Below, piece after piece: positions 51,536-64,000 of a DNA stretch of 64,000 bases. The notes below the pieces were generated by a model. That model made no database searches and was not told where the DNA came from. It saw only the letters and a list, made by a program, of their open reading frames with translations. The translations under genes were made by a program, and so were the position numbers. Every line of letters starts with the position of its first letter. Positions within the stretch are counted from its first letter, which is position 1. The stretch is from Octopus sinensis (lineage: Eukaryota), in contig NC_042999.1 in assembly GCF_006345805.1 (NCBI RefSeq), forward strand, positions 25,668,001-25,732,000, written 5' to 3'.

Positions 51536-52883
51536 GAAGAAAGAGATTTAGTCTTGCAGCTGTTTGTGTGCTGAAGGGAATATTCATAATATCCCAGAAT
51601 CACCTGTCAGACTATATCGCATTCCTTATAAATGTTCTGAAAACTCTACACAGCCTTGGCTTTGCTATCTGTTTTTGTCTAATATATATATATATATATA
51701 TATAGACTCTTTCATTATTTTCCTTATATATATATATTCTCTTTTCTTATTTTCATTATATATATACATATATGAACTTCCATCATTGTTAACTCGCAGT
51801 TGCTTTGTAAATCCTTAAGCGGTGTTAATGGGTGTGTAAAAACCACTTTATTATGTACAGACAAAAGAGAGAACGAATATTCTGGCGTGCTGTTTCACGA
51901 TTTGTTGACGTCATACACGACTTCTTTTCCCAATCAACAGAGTCGACCATATATCATATAAGGTAGTCATGAAATAGGCTAGCCTGATGCTGGATAGCCT
52001 TGTTTACAATGAAAGTTTATAACGTTTAAATTCTATTCTCTGGTTTAAGCTGTATTTTACGTAACCCGGTTTTCCTTACCTACTGCCTAACAGTCAAAAA
52101 GAATAAATATACAAATTAGGTCTGAAGTATGACTGCTTCATGTAACAGATGCTTCATACTGTTTATTAGAGACGGCAACCATTTTAAATCTCTCATGTAT
52201 ATGCAAATACGCATGGTCGAGTGATTAACAAGTTGGCTTCTTAATCCTGCTTTTGGAACCTAGTTCACGATAGATTTCGATTTAGCTGTACATGAGATGA
52301 ATTCAAGCTTTTTGAATGAACCTGGCTTGATGGGAACAAAATAGTAGACTTCAGGATAGACCATTATTTGTCTAAAATACAGAAACATACATACATATAT
52401 ATACATACATACATTCATACATACATGCACAAACATACATGCGTACATACATGCATACGTACATGTGTAAATACATATATTCACACATACATACATATAT
52501 ACATGCATACATACGTACAGACATACATAAATGTATGAATACATGCATATATATATGCATATTTACATACGTACATACATACAGACATATAAACAAAAAT
52601 ATGTACGCATGTATGTTGGTATGTATGAATAGCAGATAAAAGGGGCAACCCAAATGAAGAAAATCCATAGGGATATCTCTTTAGCATCTCATGATGAGAA
52701 TATATACTTGATATGCTTGTTTGTGATGTTTTTTATGCTTTGAGGCTCTCGTTATTCTTTGCTGTCCTTCATTCTCGTACAGTTGAAAGTGTTTAGGGGA
52801 TCGTGCTTTATTGCTTATCTGCGCAACGACTTTTTAAACCACCGATTGTTGTTTGTATGTATGTATGTGTGCATGTATATATA

Positions 52884-53045
52884 GGGGGCGAGCTGGCAGA
52901 AACGTTAGCATGCCGGGCGAAATGCGTAGCCGTATTTCGTCTGTCGTTACGTTCTGAGTTCAAATTCCGCCGAGGTCGACTTTGCCTTTCATCCTTTCGG
53001 GGTCGATAAATTAAGTATAGCCCATTGTGGGTAGTAAAGAAATAT
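52884..53045 (+). mobile_element. SINE family B, internally deleted, tail type 1
   Basis: Near-consensus head and core, then gcccattgtgggtagtaaagaaata. Confidence 0.88.
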
Positions 53046-53489
53046 ATATATGTTACCCATTTTATTAAATAATACTTACATCTAAAATATGAGAGCATGC
53101 TAATCTAATTAATGATACATTTAAGTAACCATGGCTCTAAACAATTAAAATTTAGAATTATGGATAGTTAGACGGATAACTATTAGAATGGATGGAACAA
53201 CAAGCGCATACACATATGCACAGGGGAAAACCGGTATACCCACAAACACATAGTGGTTTGGAAAGTGAGTGTGAGATAGAAGAAGTTGGAAAATGTCAGT
53301 AAGAAACAAAGAGAAAGAATCCCCAGAATGTCAGGGTATTAGAACTTAAGTTATCAGTAAAAAAAATTCTAAATCGTCATATGAAGAAAAAACAGCATCA
53401 TTCGTTAGTGATGATGATGAGGCTGATGATGATGATCGATAATGATGATGATGATAGCAACAACAACAATAATAATAATAATGATAAAA

Positions 53490-53925
53490 TCTTGGTATAA
53501 AAGATGGGCTATAACAAATATTCTGCTCAATACCACAGATTTACTTGTTAGTTGTTTGACCTTAACCAGTTGAGCATGTCCCTTAGTAGCATCTCTATTC
53601 ATGAGTAGAAGTAGCGGGTTGAGAGGAATTCTTTGAGGTTTGAAAATTCACCCCTGAAAACATGGGTGTTTCGTGCAACATCCTTGAACAACTCTTATTC
53701 AGGGAACCTCTTGGGTGGGATGGGCTACTCGACCTGAAGAAAATTCTAACTGGGTCCCACCTGCAAGGTCCTGCGCATTTTATGAGATCACTATGTTGCG
53801 CACATACGGTTGTGATGCATGTGCCTGGTATACCCTTATTAGACAGGTAGTCATGATGGGCATACTGGGCTTAGTACATTTTACCCCAGTATCAGTTTGA
53901 TGGCATGCACTGCTCTCTCACTCAA
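53490..53925 (+). mobile_element. Probable retroposon 3' UTR ending in (AAT)n
   Basis: GC-richer non-coding block ending gcactgctctctcactc-(aat)n, between ATG/AAT microsatellites; family not assigned. Confidence 0.45.
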
Positions 53926-53953
53926 TAATAATAATAATAATATAATAATAATA

Positions 53954-54053
<100 letters not shown>

Positions 54054-55017
54054 CATGATGATGAAAGTTAAAATGATAATAATAATATAAAGAAATAGAA
54101 GTAGTAGATGAAGGAAAGATATATATATATATACATATATATATATATGTGTATATATATTTAAACACATACACGTATGTATATGTGCATGTGCGCGAGT
54201 GTGTAAGCGTGTGTGTGTATATATAAGTATATACATATATAAGTATATATATATATATTATATTAAATTAGAGATAAAACCACTATTAGGCAAATCAAAC
54301 AGTCAAAAACATAAGCCAATACATAAAATTAATTTAAAAATATAAAAGTTAAAAATTAAAATTTATTTATATATATATATATATATATAAATATATATAT
54401 ATATAGAGAGAGAGAGAGATGTATATATATATACATATATATATATATATTAGGCAGAAAATGTTATATAATGATGAAAACGTCGTATTCTTTAGTGGAA
54501 TATAACAACTAAATGTACGTGATTGAAAAAAAAAATTTAATTCACAGCATGACATTTTGAAAAAAGAAAAACGGCGGCAAACAGAAAAACACGTATTACT
54601 CAAATCTGATTGCTAATGTAAAGTATATTAAAACTATAAAGTACTATTTCTATAAATTGTTAAAAAAATTAAACTGAAATCGTTAGGAAAATTTATTTTT
54701 CTTTTTTCCTTCATTTGTAACTGCAAAAGAAAATGTGAAATTATTGCAGATAATTATGTAGATTTTACATGCAATTTGCTGAGAGTGGTGGGAGTGCCAG
54801 TGGTGGGAGTATGAATAGGTAGATGGAGGGATTCATTAGAATACAAACATAAATGCATATATACATACGAAGCTACATGCATAAATACACAGGTATATAT
54901 GTTTATGTGTACGTTTACCCACAAATATATATATATATGTATATAGATGTACATGTATGTATATATAGATATGTATATATATAAATATAAATATATTATA
55001 TATATATAAATAAATAA

Positions 55018-55052
<35 letters not shown>

Positions 55053-55151
55053 AATATATATATAAATATATAAATATAAATATATAATATATATATATAT
55101 ATATATTATATATATCTGTAAATATATATTATATATATATATATATATATA

Positions 55152-55234
<83 letters not shown>

Positions 55235-56387
55235 CCAAATTGAGAAAGTGGATTAGATAAAACTCAGGTCGCATATATTTTCTTGCTAGCAGATCCTCGG
55301 ATGTAAAAATTTCTAGACAATTAGTACTCAGCTAGATTCTCATATGTGTATACACACACATACACAAACACACAAACACACATCCATCCATCTATCCATC
55401 CATCCATCCATCCATCCATCCATCCATCCATCCATCCATCCATCCATACATACATACATACATGCACACATCCATCCATCCATCCATACCTACCTACCTA
55501 CCTACCTACCTACATACATACATATCTCACAGATGAGACCCAGATATTTTCCGTATAGAAGACACTTAGTAATGCTCAAAATATTCAAATATAGTTTCCG
55601 ATGTCTTTACAGGGTGTCATTCCACAAGGCAAAGAAAGGCTGCAAGGAGGATCAGGTTGAGCGGGTATAAAAGCAAGTATGAGGATAAACAAATTCGGCA
55701 ATCAAATACACAGGTTCTACTCATCATTTGCGCATTTTATTAAATGTATGTAATTCAAAATTAACCTTGAGGTACAAGGTCAGCCTAATAACTTATCACC
55801 TCAACTAATGCTACCCTTCTTATTAAACTATTCTTTTTCAGTGTTCCCTTCGCAAATTCCTTTAACCCATCTCATTCAATGTCTCCCACCCAAGTGGTCT
55901 CCTCTCATTTCTGGTCATCAACCAATAGCACTTAATACTATCCCTCTCATTTGGATACAAACCTGTCAACTCTTTTCCCCTCTCTATTCACTTCTCTTTA
56001 TTCATTCTCATACGCTTCTGCATGATACTGTACTCCCGCTCCAATACCAACTCATATTCATTATCCCATTAATCACTGCTATCTTGACACTCCCGCTCTA
56101 TCTACGTTCCTCTGTCTTTTCTCCTATCTTTCTACATATCTTAGTAATCTTCTGCCACTGAACTAGACACTTCCCTCAAATGATTGTCATTCTGTTTCCC
56201 ACTATCTCAACTAATAATACTATAGCTTTCATCTCTACACTTTAACAAACTCAACACAATAGACTAGCATTCATTTACTACCCACCCCACCCTCCTATTC
56301 ATCTTCCTACTCTCCACCTCTACAACTACTCTCTTAGTAGCCTCATTATTCATGTATGTATATATATATTCATAAATCAAAGATTAC

Positions 56388-56680
56388 ATTCTGTTGTGTC
56401 TGGGGAGAGTAATTTTTTTGAGCCTTATAAACACACCCACCGGTAAAATTTCCACTTATTTCTTATTTTTATTTTCCTAAAATTTTCGTTGCGTCTTGCA
56501 ACCTTTTCAGTAGTCTTGACACTCAATAGTCTTGAACCTTTTCAATAGTCTTGAAAAGGTTGCAAGACTCAACGAAAAGTTTAGGAAAATGAAAATAAGA
56601 AATAAGTCGAAATTTTACCGGTGAGTGTGTTACATTATAAGGCACAAAAAGAAAATGACTCTCCCCAGACAAAACAGAAT
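56388..56680. repeat. Fold-back element: ~125-bp inverted arms, each with a minimal hammerhead-like motif
   Basis: attctgttgtgtctggggagagt...aaccttttca / ttgaaaaggtt...actctccccagacaaaacagaat. Motif (C/T)TGAAAA-g-GTTGC-aagac-GCAAC-GAAA-ATTT-tag at 56513-56477 (-), with two substitutions at 56551-56584 (+). Confidence 0.85.
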
Positions 56681-57575
56681 ATGCTTCAACACACGAACTC
56701 ATATTGAAAAAATATTATGATGAGTATTTGTAAATATGTTTAGGTACACTCTATACAAAAACATATCTTAACAGCTGAAATATAAGAACTATCGTAAAAT
56801 CAAAGCATTTGTCCTATAACAAAATGTTGTATACATTGTACAATTCTTTTCCTTACAGGTGTAAAAGCTAATTACAAACTAATTATACAATTAGATTTTA
56901 GGGGATAATGCTTGGAGAATGCCGTTGATTTAATCAGAGAATTTAAAGACGAAGCATGAGATAAATGAGGACGAAAATGAAGAGAATTCGCGAGGAAAAG
57001 AGGGAAATAATACTGTATATGTATGTGTGTATGCCTGCTTATGTACGTAGATGAGAGAGAGAGAAAGGTGGGGAGAATGTGAGTGTGTGTGTATTACATA
57101 CCCCCAATCACGCATTCGGCATGCACGCATATACATTTTTGTTTTCCACATATACAAGATAGTCAATGACACTGACTAGTATTTCATATCAATATTGTAT
57201 TAGTATTACAAACCAAATGTATAATTAGGGTTGCTGAAAGAGTATGAGAAGAAAAAAATTAGTAAATACAGAATCCCAAAATATCAACATATACTCATTA
57301 GTAGAATACAATGTGAATGCAAGACAATTAAAATTAACACGAGTTATCAAATTACAGGATTCAAAAGTTATATTTTACAACTTTTCCCTTAACAGCTGTA
57401 ATTACCTTATTATCTGGTGTGTAAGATTTGAACTAATACACAGCACTCACTTCTGGTAAAGCCACTGAATATTTTTTTATGCGCAGTCAACACAGGGACT
57501 ATGTGTAAATTATTCGTAATATAGCAAACCAAGCCACTACACACATTTTTTTTCTCTCCTTGTTTTTTCTGTGTC

Positions 57576-57613
57576 TCTTTCTGTAGAAGAGCGTAGGCTC
57601 GAAACGTAAAAGA
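57576..57613 (+). ncRNA. Minimal hammerhead-like motif with U at core position 6, in a short repeat (~57540-57712)
   Basis: tcttt-CTGTAGA-a-GAGC-gtag-GCTC-GAAAC-GTA-aaaga: perfect 5-bp helix I, 4-bp helix II, ACGT palindromic helix III. Confidence 0.62.
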
Positions 57614-60600
57614 CTTTTTTCTATTCCTGAGCGTTTATACTAATACATCTGTTTGTTTTGTACACCACCTGTCTTCGTCCTTTGTTTTTTTTTCGTAAAC
57701 TCTCCCTATATATTATTTTAGCATGGATATGATGATGGACGCAAGATATATGCAACGTTTGGTAGAGTTTCAAGTTCATGTCTGACCAGGCAAGTCTCAA
57801 CAAAATGCCAAACAAAATTGAAGCCTTTCAAGCGGCTGTTTAATATAGCTATCTGGAAATCTCTGGTTCGTTGAGAAAACGTTTTATTTTGCATACCTGT
57901 CTCTTGGAGTAGGTGAAAATATCCGCATACTTTCTTTTAGAGTAGACACTGGTTTGCTATATTCCGAATATAATTTACTCCTACTAAATCAACCAACAAA
58001 AAACTGGTTGGCCCGAAACTATAGAAGAATAGTATAAAATACTTGCCCAAGGTGCCCTGTAATGTAACCGAACCTAAAATCCGTAACTCCAAAGCAAACT
58101 ACTTAACACATATATGCCACATCTTCCCTCTTTCTCTTCTCCTTTTTCTCTCTTTGTTTCAGTGTGTAGAAAGTAGCTTGATGCACATTGTAGGATGTAG
58201 GAGTGGAAAAAGAAATTAAACGAATCTAGAACATAAAGTGAATGAAATGCTGACGGCAAGGAGGACTTGTTGCTTAGCAATTCAATTGATAATTTAAATT
58301 CTGAACATTAATATTAATCTATAAACCGAATTTCTTAACAAGTCTCATTTGCGCCGACAGCCATATACCTGCTTACATGATTCTATATTTATTTGTTCGC
58401 CATTTGTTACTTATCCGCTTCGTATATGCCAATAACATCACTATCCCATTATTTAAACATTATAAACAAATTGCATGTTATTCACCAAACCAAAAGTAAA
58501 AGGCACCATCTATCTTCCTTATAATGTATCTATCAGCTTCATATTAGCTTGTTTCATCATGAACCTTCTTTTGATCATATTCTAATACAATATATAAAAT
58601 TCGGAGTCTCTACGTTTAAAATTCGAAAATCCATCCGATTTCGTTTGTCCCTGATCAATCTTGATATTGCAGATATAGCATTGAAGACATTTTAATCATG
58701 GCGATGCCGTCTTTCTCGCAACATCGTATCAAGGGCTAAATTAAACTGATAAGATTTTATCTACTGTTTGATTATTCGTAAATTGTCACTTGATGTATTG
58801 GACTGTAGTTCTAGCAAATTGAGCACCTTGCTGGTTCTATTTTAAAAGATTCAAAGAAAAAACATGCCGATTGTAGCTCTCCTTGTACATGACTGGTAGT
58901 TCTGGTAGTTATTTTATCGGCATCGAAAGTAAGAACGTGAACTCGAAACAAAAAGGAACGTGCGTAAATATCGCAGCGTAATTTGTTCGTCTCACTACCA
59001 ATTCTTTCACAATATTATAGGTATAGCGGAAGACAAAATAAAAAAAAGGAAAGAAAAGTAGAAAATGAACGGATGAATATAGTCTGAATTAAATCTAAAA
59101 TTAAGCTGATTTTTTATTTATTTATTTACAAAACTGCACATTTGTAGGGAAGTGGTCAGTCAAATAAATTATCCCCATAGTTAGCTGGTATTTATTTTAC
59201 CGATACTGGAAAGATAAATGCTACTCGACTATGACAAAATTCCAATGCCTATAACAAGAAAACGATAAATGCTTTTTATTTTGACGTTTTCTTATTACTA
59301 ATCATTTTAAAATAGTTTGGCATTTCTTAATGCTTTTGGCAACAGTTCCTTTACATATATTGGATTGGAAATGGGACGCTGTGTCTAGACATGCATTAAG
59401 TAGAAATCCACTCCTTTATGGTTGAATTGTGGCGAAACAACAACAGCAATTCTGTATTACTGAGAAGAAGTCCTTCAACAAGATATTTAGTAATTGGAAC
59501 ATATTCAAATGATTTCATCGTAAGATATTCTGACATTAACCGGATTACATTGCATTAAATCTTGCTTCAAATTTAATTCCTGTGTTTAGAAGAGGAAAAA
59601 ACTAACACTCAAGGCTATTTTGCATGACAAGAGTAAATGTTTTACAAACCTCACTCAGGAGTGATTAAAACGCATTTGCTTTTAAAATTTGTTTTGTAGT
59701 TCCTACTAGCGGCTGAACAATGTTTTTTTTCCTGTTCAGTACTGTGCTAGTGTTTCAGGAAAGTCATGGTTGTGATAAAAATTCCATATGAACCTCAAAA
59801 TTCAACTTACTTGACATAAGCTGTGTCCAATATACTGACAAGATTATCAGAGACTGGACATTTTTGATTAGAAGAGTACTAGACAATGGCCTATCCGATA
59901 ATATGCCATAAGTGTTCAGTTCTCAGTGAGTTATAATTCTATGGTTTTTAGATAACAACTTTCGACCAGCTACGTTACGTCTACAATGAGAAAATAAGGG
60001 TTAAACGAAGCGGATGAGAAAGAAGAAGCTCATTGGTGGTATGACATTATGACAAAATATCCATGGCAAAATCATATTTTGAAACCAAAACATAACGTCA
60101 TTATTCGAAAATAGGGAATGTGTTGTTATATAACGCTTCTCTATTTTCAGTGAATTATGAAATTATTTTCCGCTTGATATGTTACTACGCATCTAACTGA
60201 ATGAAATAATGACTTCCAGCGAAGTACAAGTTCAAACTTAGCGAGGGATTTCATCTCAATGCTGGAGGTTAAACAAGAGTTATATTCCGCGACATTTAAC
60301 ATACCCAAGAGAAAGGAAACTGAAATCAGAATTTGTTGTTCTCTCTTTGGAGAGGCTAGTCTGTACTAATGGCACTTTTCTTGAGTCTGCATGAGTTCAT
60401 GATTAAACGTGATAAAAGTCACGTCTTATGAACGATGCTCAAAGCAGGGCTTATCATAACAACGCGGGTTGTTTTCTTTGAAGCCTATGCAAATGAGCAA
60501 GTACCGGACTTGTATTCAGCTGTCTTGATTAAAGCTAGAAGCAAGTTACCGTAAAGTCGGTTTGAACATAGAACGACGAAGTCATTTTGAATTGAAATAA

Positions 60601-61161
60601 ATAAATATTAAATATTAACTAAGTACAGCAAAAGCAAATGTGTGTTTAGCATAAAGAAAGAGAAAAGGTGCCTTTGGAGACAAACAATTTATTATTATAA
60701 AAATATTGGGAAAAACAAAATGCATTGAAAATTACAGAATATCTTATTTCTCTCATAGAAATTCTGAAATGAATTCTCTAATTAGAATTGCTAATTGAGA
60801 ATAATGGAATCCCCAAAATTTAATGGTTTCAGTTGAAACAATAAACGATGATATAAAAAAAATTGTTTTAACTAATCACTTTTGGATTGCTTCGAGGTGT
60901 TTAATTCGGTGTCATTTTAGTGACGAATTTTCATATGAATGAATATTCAAGTAATAATCTTAAAGTCTGAAATTCCAGGTTAGTCACTTACCAAAATATC
61001 ATTGATCTAAGTCGTCGAATTAGCTACTAGAAAATTCTAGTTAAAGACTATGAATTATTGACATTGCAGTATCGATCTATATATAGATTAATCACGCATC
61101 GATACATGTATTTTTCTATGTATATTTGTATGAAAATCTCTATTATATATACATTTTGTAG

Positions 61162-61298
61162 GTGTATCTTTCTGTCGAAGAAGGTAGGCTCGAAACATAA
61201 AATACTGTTTCTATTTCTATTCCTGAGCGCTATACTAATACATTTGTTTGTTTGTACTCCACCTGCCTTCGACTTTTGTTTATTTTCGTAAACTTTCC

Positions 61299-61302
<4 letters not shown>
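61162..61302 (+). repeat. Second, more decayed copy of the 57540-57712 hammerhead-bearing repeat
   Basis: tcttt-CTGTCGA-a-GAAG-gtag-GCTC-GAAAC-ATA...ctattcctgagcg..tactaatacat..ccacctg..ttcgtaaact, collinear with 57576-57710. Confidence 0.75.
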
Positions 61303-61338
<36 letters not shown>

Positions 61339-61345
61339 ACATGCA

Positions 61346-61397
<52 letters not shown>

Positions 61398-61558
61398 TCG
61401 TGTGTGTGTATATGTGTGTGTATTTAATATCCTTGGACTAATGTGCGTATGTCGATTATTGATGTATATATATAGTCGTATGTATGTATGTATGTACGTA
61501 TGTAACTAATAATGATGATAAGACGAATGGGTATTTTGGGTATCAGTACATAAGGTTC

Positions 61559-62224
61559 TTAGTTAGTTAGTTAGTTAGTTAATTTGGCTCAAAAGCAAAT
61601 AGCAAGGCCATGTAGGGGGACATGGAGTTAAGTACAGGGTGGTGTTCATGTAAAGAGTTCAGGCCACTTGAGGTCCAGGGAGGCTTTGAACAAAGCGGTC
61701 GTCGGCATCTTCACCATCTCGTCTGGCAGCTTGTTCCACGGATCCGTAACCCGGACGGGGAAAGCTCCTCTCCTTCGATTGAGATGAAATCGTCGCAGGT
61801 AGAACTTTTCGGAATGACCCCGCAGCCGACGCTCTGGAGCAGGAGTGAAGAACAGCTCTTTCGAGAGGTTACACTTTCCGCTTATGATGTTGTGGGCGAG
61901 AATGAGATCACCACGGCGGCGGCGTTTTTCAAGAGAATAAAGGTCGAGCGTCCTCAGCCTTTCTTCGTAGGACAAATTTTTGAGACCATGAACCATGCGG
62001 GTAGCCAGCTTCTGGAATCTTTCGAGATGCTGTATGTCTTTGAGGAGATAAGGAGAAGAGGCTTGAATCCCATACTCCAGTATGGGTCTCACCAGCGTGA
62101 CATAGAGTGGTAGGAATATGGCTGCTGTGAGCATTCCGAATGACCGTCGAATCAAGAACAGAATTCCGCGTGCTTTGTTGGCAGCATGGACGCACTGGGC
62201 CGAAGGCGAAAAGGAGGAATCCAC
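61559..62224 (-). mobile_element. Young 5'-truncated CR1-group LINE with an (AACT)n tail
   Basis: Uninterrupted ORF2 C-terminus, short 3' UTR with hairpin ccatgt..acatgg, tail (aact)5. Confidence 0.92.
61646..62224 (-). pseudogene. LINE ORF2 C-terminal fragment, 192 aa, no disablements
   Basis: LYVTLVRPILEY..LERFQKLATRMVHGLKNLSYEERL..LYSLEKRRRRGDLI..RGH..F..RVTDPWNKLP..FKASLD is the typical CR1 ORF2 tail. Confidence 0.9.
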
Positions 62225-62413
62225 ACGTGGTCGCTGATGGTGGAAGTGCTGGTTTTAACACGGGAACAATATTTCAATACAACTCTTTCAGTATGTCATT
62301 TCATCTCCCTTGTTTCCCAAATTTATCGACGCCATACCTTTTAAATTTTTACAGGAATTGAACAAACGTCTCGGAAACATTTCTCAAATTGTTTATCAAC
62401 ATCATTATTATTG

Positions 62414-62465
<52 letters not shown>

Positions 62466-62659
62466 CATTATTTCTACCTCGTTCTCCAGCACGCATCTGT
62501 AACGTATTCTTTCATCCTGACGCTTGTATTCTGAACAGTGCTGTAGAGTGTCCCTTATTTCAACAATATGTTCCCATGGGTGGTTTCATTCCTCAACCAA
62601 ATAAAGCACTCATGGAAAGTTTATAAAGGAGACGATTCTCATATTCTTGTTCTAGTTGA

Positions 62660-62750
62660 AGGCGGCGTGATGGCTGACACGTTAGCAAGCCGTCTGTCTT
62701 TACGTTCTGAGTTCGAACTCCACCGATGTTGACTTTGTCTTTCATCCTTT
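62660..62750 (+). mobile_element. SINE family B 5' fragment
   Basis: ggcggcg..acgttagc..ttacgttctgagttcgaactcc..gactttgtctttcatcc. Confidence 0.7.
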
Positions 62751-62919
62751 AAATTAAATTAAAAAACCAGCAACTTTGTCACAGTGTTTGAGGTTAAAAT
62801 AAAAATATAACTATTTTATAATGCAAACTTCATCTTGAATCGCAATGCGAGAAGCAATTTCCAGGAGTTTCAATAAAGAAATAGTAATGATGATGATAAG
62901 GACAGGATCTGATATGTTT

Positions 62920-63073
62920 GGGGAAGGGACAAGTCCATTACATCGAACCAGCGCTCAACCGGTACTTATTTTAAGTCCAGTGGGTGATAAGCAAAGGTGA
63001 CCGCGGCGATATTTGAACTCAGAACGTAAAGAGCGGGAAGAAACGCCGTTAAGCATTTCCCCTAACATTCCGC
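62920..63073 (-). mobile_element. SINE family B, diverged
   Basis: attacatcgaacca..ggtacttatttt..tttgaactcagaacgtaaag..aagcattt. Confidence 0.65.
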
Positions 63074-63179
63074 CTGCTGGTTGACTTAAGAATAATAATA
63101 ATAATGATGATGTTGATGGTGATGATAATGAAAATAATGATGATGATGATATTGATGATGATGATGATTTCTTTGTTAA

Positions 63180-63566
63180 CGACTAAAGGGGTTTAATGTA
63201 AATCGAGGATAGTACAAGACGATGGTGTACGGTATAAAATGATATAATATAATGTGGGGATACCAGGTTACATGAAGGCGTGTAAACAGGAAACATTAGG
63301 GCATGTAAACAAGAACAATAACAAAAGAAGAAACAAAACTTCAAAGCAGAAAACTTCCCGAAAATGTCTTCTACTGAGAGGCAAAAAAAACCCCAAAAAA
63401 CCTTCAAAATTACCCTGAGAATTTGAGTCAGTGATGTGTCCTCATCTGCCATTCTCACTCTATAGGCGCATAGTTAGAGCAGGTTCGTTCACTCGGACCA
63501 TCCACACCACATTTACCTATCTTTCAACGAATCTGTTTGCAAGGTGGCACTTCCCTCTCCACCTGT
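63180..63566 (-). mobile_element. Probable L1/Tx1-type LINE 3' end
   Basis: Minus: QVEREV../NRFVER*VNVVWMVRVNEPALTMRL* (VERxxL..F..RW pattern), then a T-rich UTR ending taaacccctttag. Confidence 0.45.
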
Positions 63567-63591
63567 ATATTTCTTCTCACTAATGCAATAG

Positions 63592-64000
63592 TATCAGGTT
63601 GAATAAAAAGTAAGCAGCGTTTTGAACCATGAAGAATTTATATTGGATTTTAAAAAAAATATTTAATTTTTCTTGCAGTTGTCTGATAATACAGACATAG
63701 ACTTGCGCAAATGCATCAATAAATTAGCAGTGATATATTTTCCACTGTAGTTAAAATCACCTGAAATAAAACTGTCAAAGAGCGATATTCAAGCAATTTT
63801 GCCATTCAACTTCAAAAATGGATGTAAATCAACTGAAACTGCTCGCGATATCAACGAAATGTTTGGTGAGGAAACGGCTAGTGAGTGATCAACTTGAAGA
63901 TGGTTTAAACGGTTTCGCAGTAGAGACCTGGGCCTTGAAGGTCATGAGTGTAGGGGACGCCAATCTGTTATCGATGATGGTCAATTAAACACCATCATTG
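63592..64000 (+). mobile_element. Second copy of the mariner family at 7405 (runs off the window)
   Basis: TIR tatcaggttgaataaaaagtaagcagcgttttgaaccatgaa and 5' ORF collinear with 7405-7820. Confidence 0.92.

Noticed and set aside
56859-57015. Strong acceptor ttctttttccttacag and a GA-rich open stretch
   Set aside because: The phase-compatible frame stops after 16 codons and there is no convincing donor.
61622-62113. 163-aa plus-strand ORF
   Set aside because: Antisense shadow of the LINE ORF2 fragment.

Overview
AT-rich, microsatellite-saturated eukaryotic DNA. The SINE families and the (TA)n/(CA)n/(TAA)n/(TATC)n density point to a cephalopod, probably Octopus (inferred, not searched). Almost all ORFs in the supplied track are microsatellite artefacts. 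The recognisable coding remnants are transposable elements: two copies of a mariner, an internally deleted Tc1, a Tc1/mariner MITE, CR1/L2-group LINEs (a 1.75 kb RT fragment and an intact ORF2 C-terminus), Dong/R4-type RLE retrotransposons in (TAA)n arrays, Penelope-like (PLE) GIY-YIG fragments, an L1/Tx1 3' end and a non-autonomous Helitron. There are also about 20 copies of three tRNA-derived SINE families. The most notable signals are: (1) about eight minimal, dimer-type hammerhead-ribozyme-like motifs from several unrelated short repeats, including core variants (U at position 6; U3-A8) and inverted fold-back pairs; (2) a LINE and the dominant SINE sharing a 3' stem-loop with covarying stem bases; (3) SINE multimers with an identical 184-bp period at independent loci; (4) a cluster of RFX X-box motifs next to a candidate minus-strand gene start (ATG|GT, then a 92-nt open exon). 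Host-gene exons are candidates only; no host protein was recognised.
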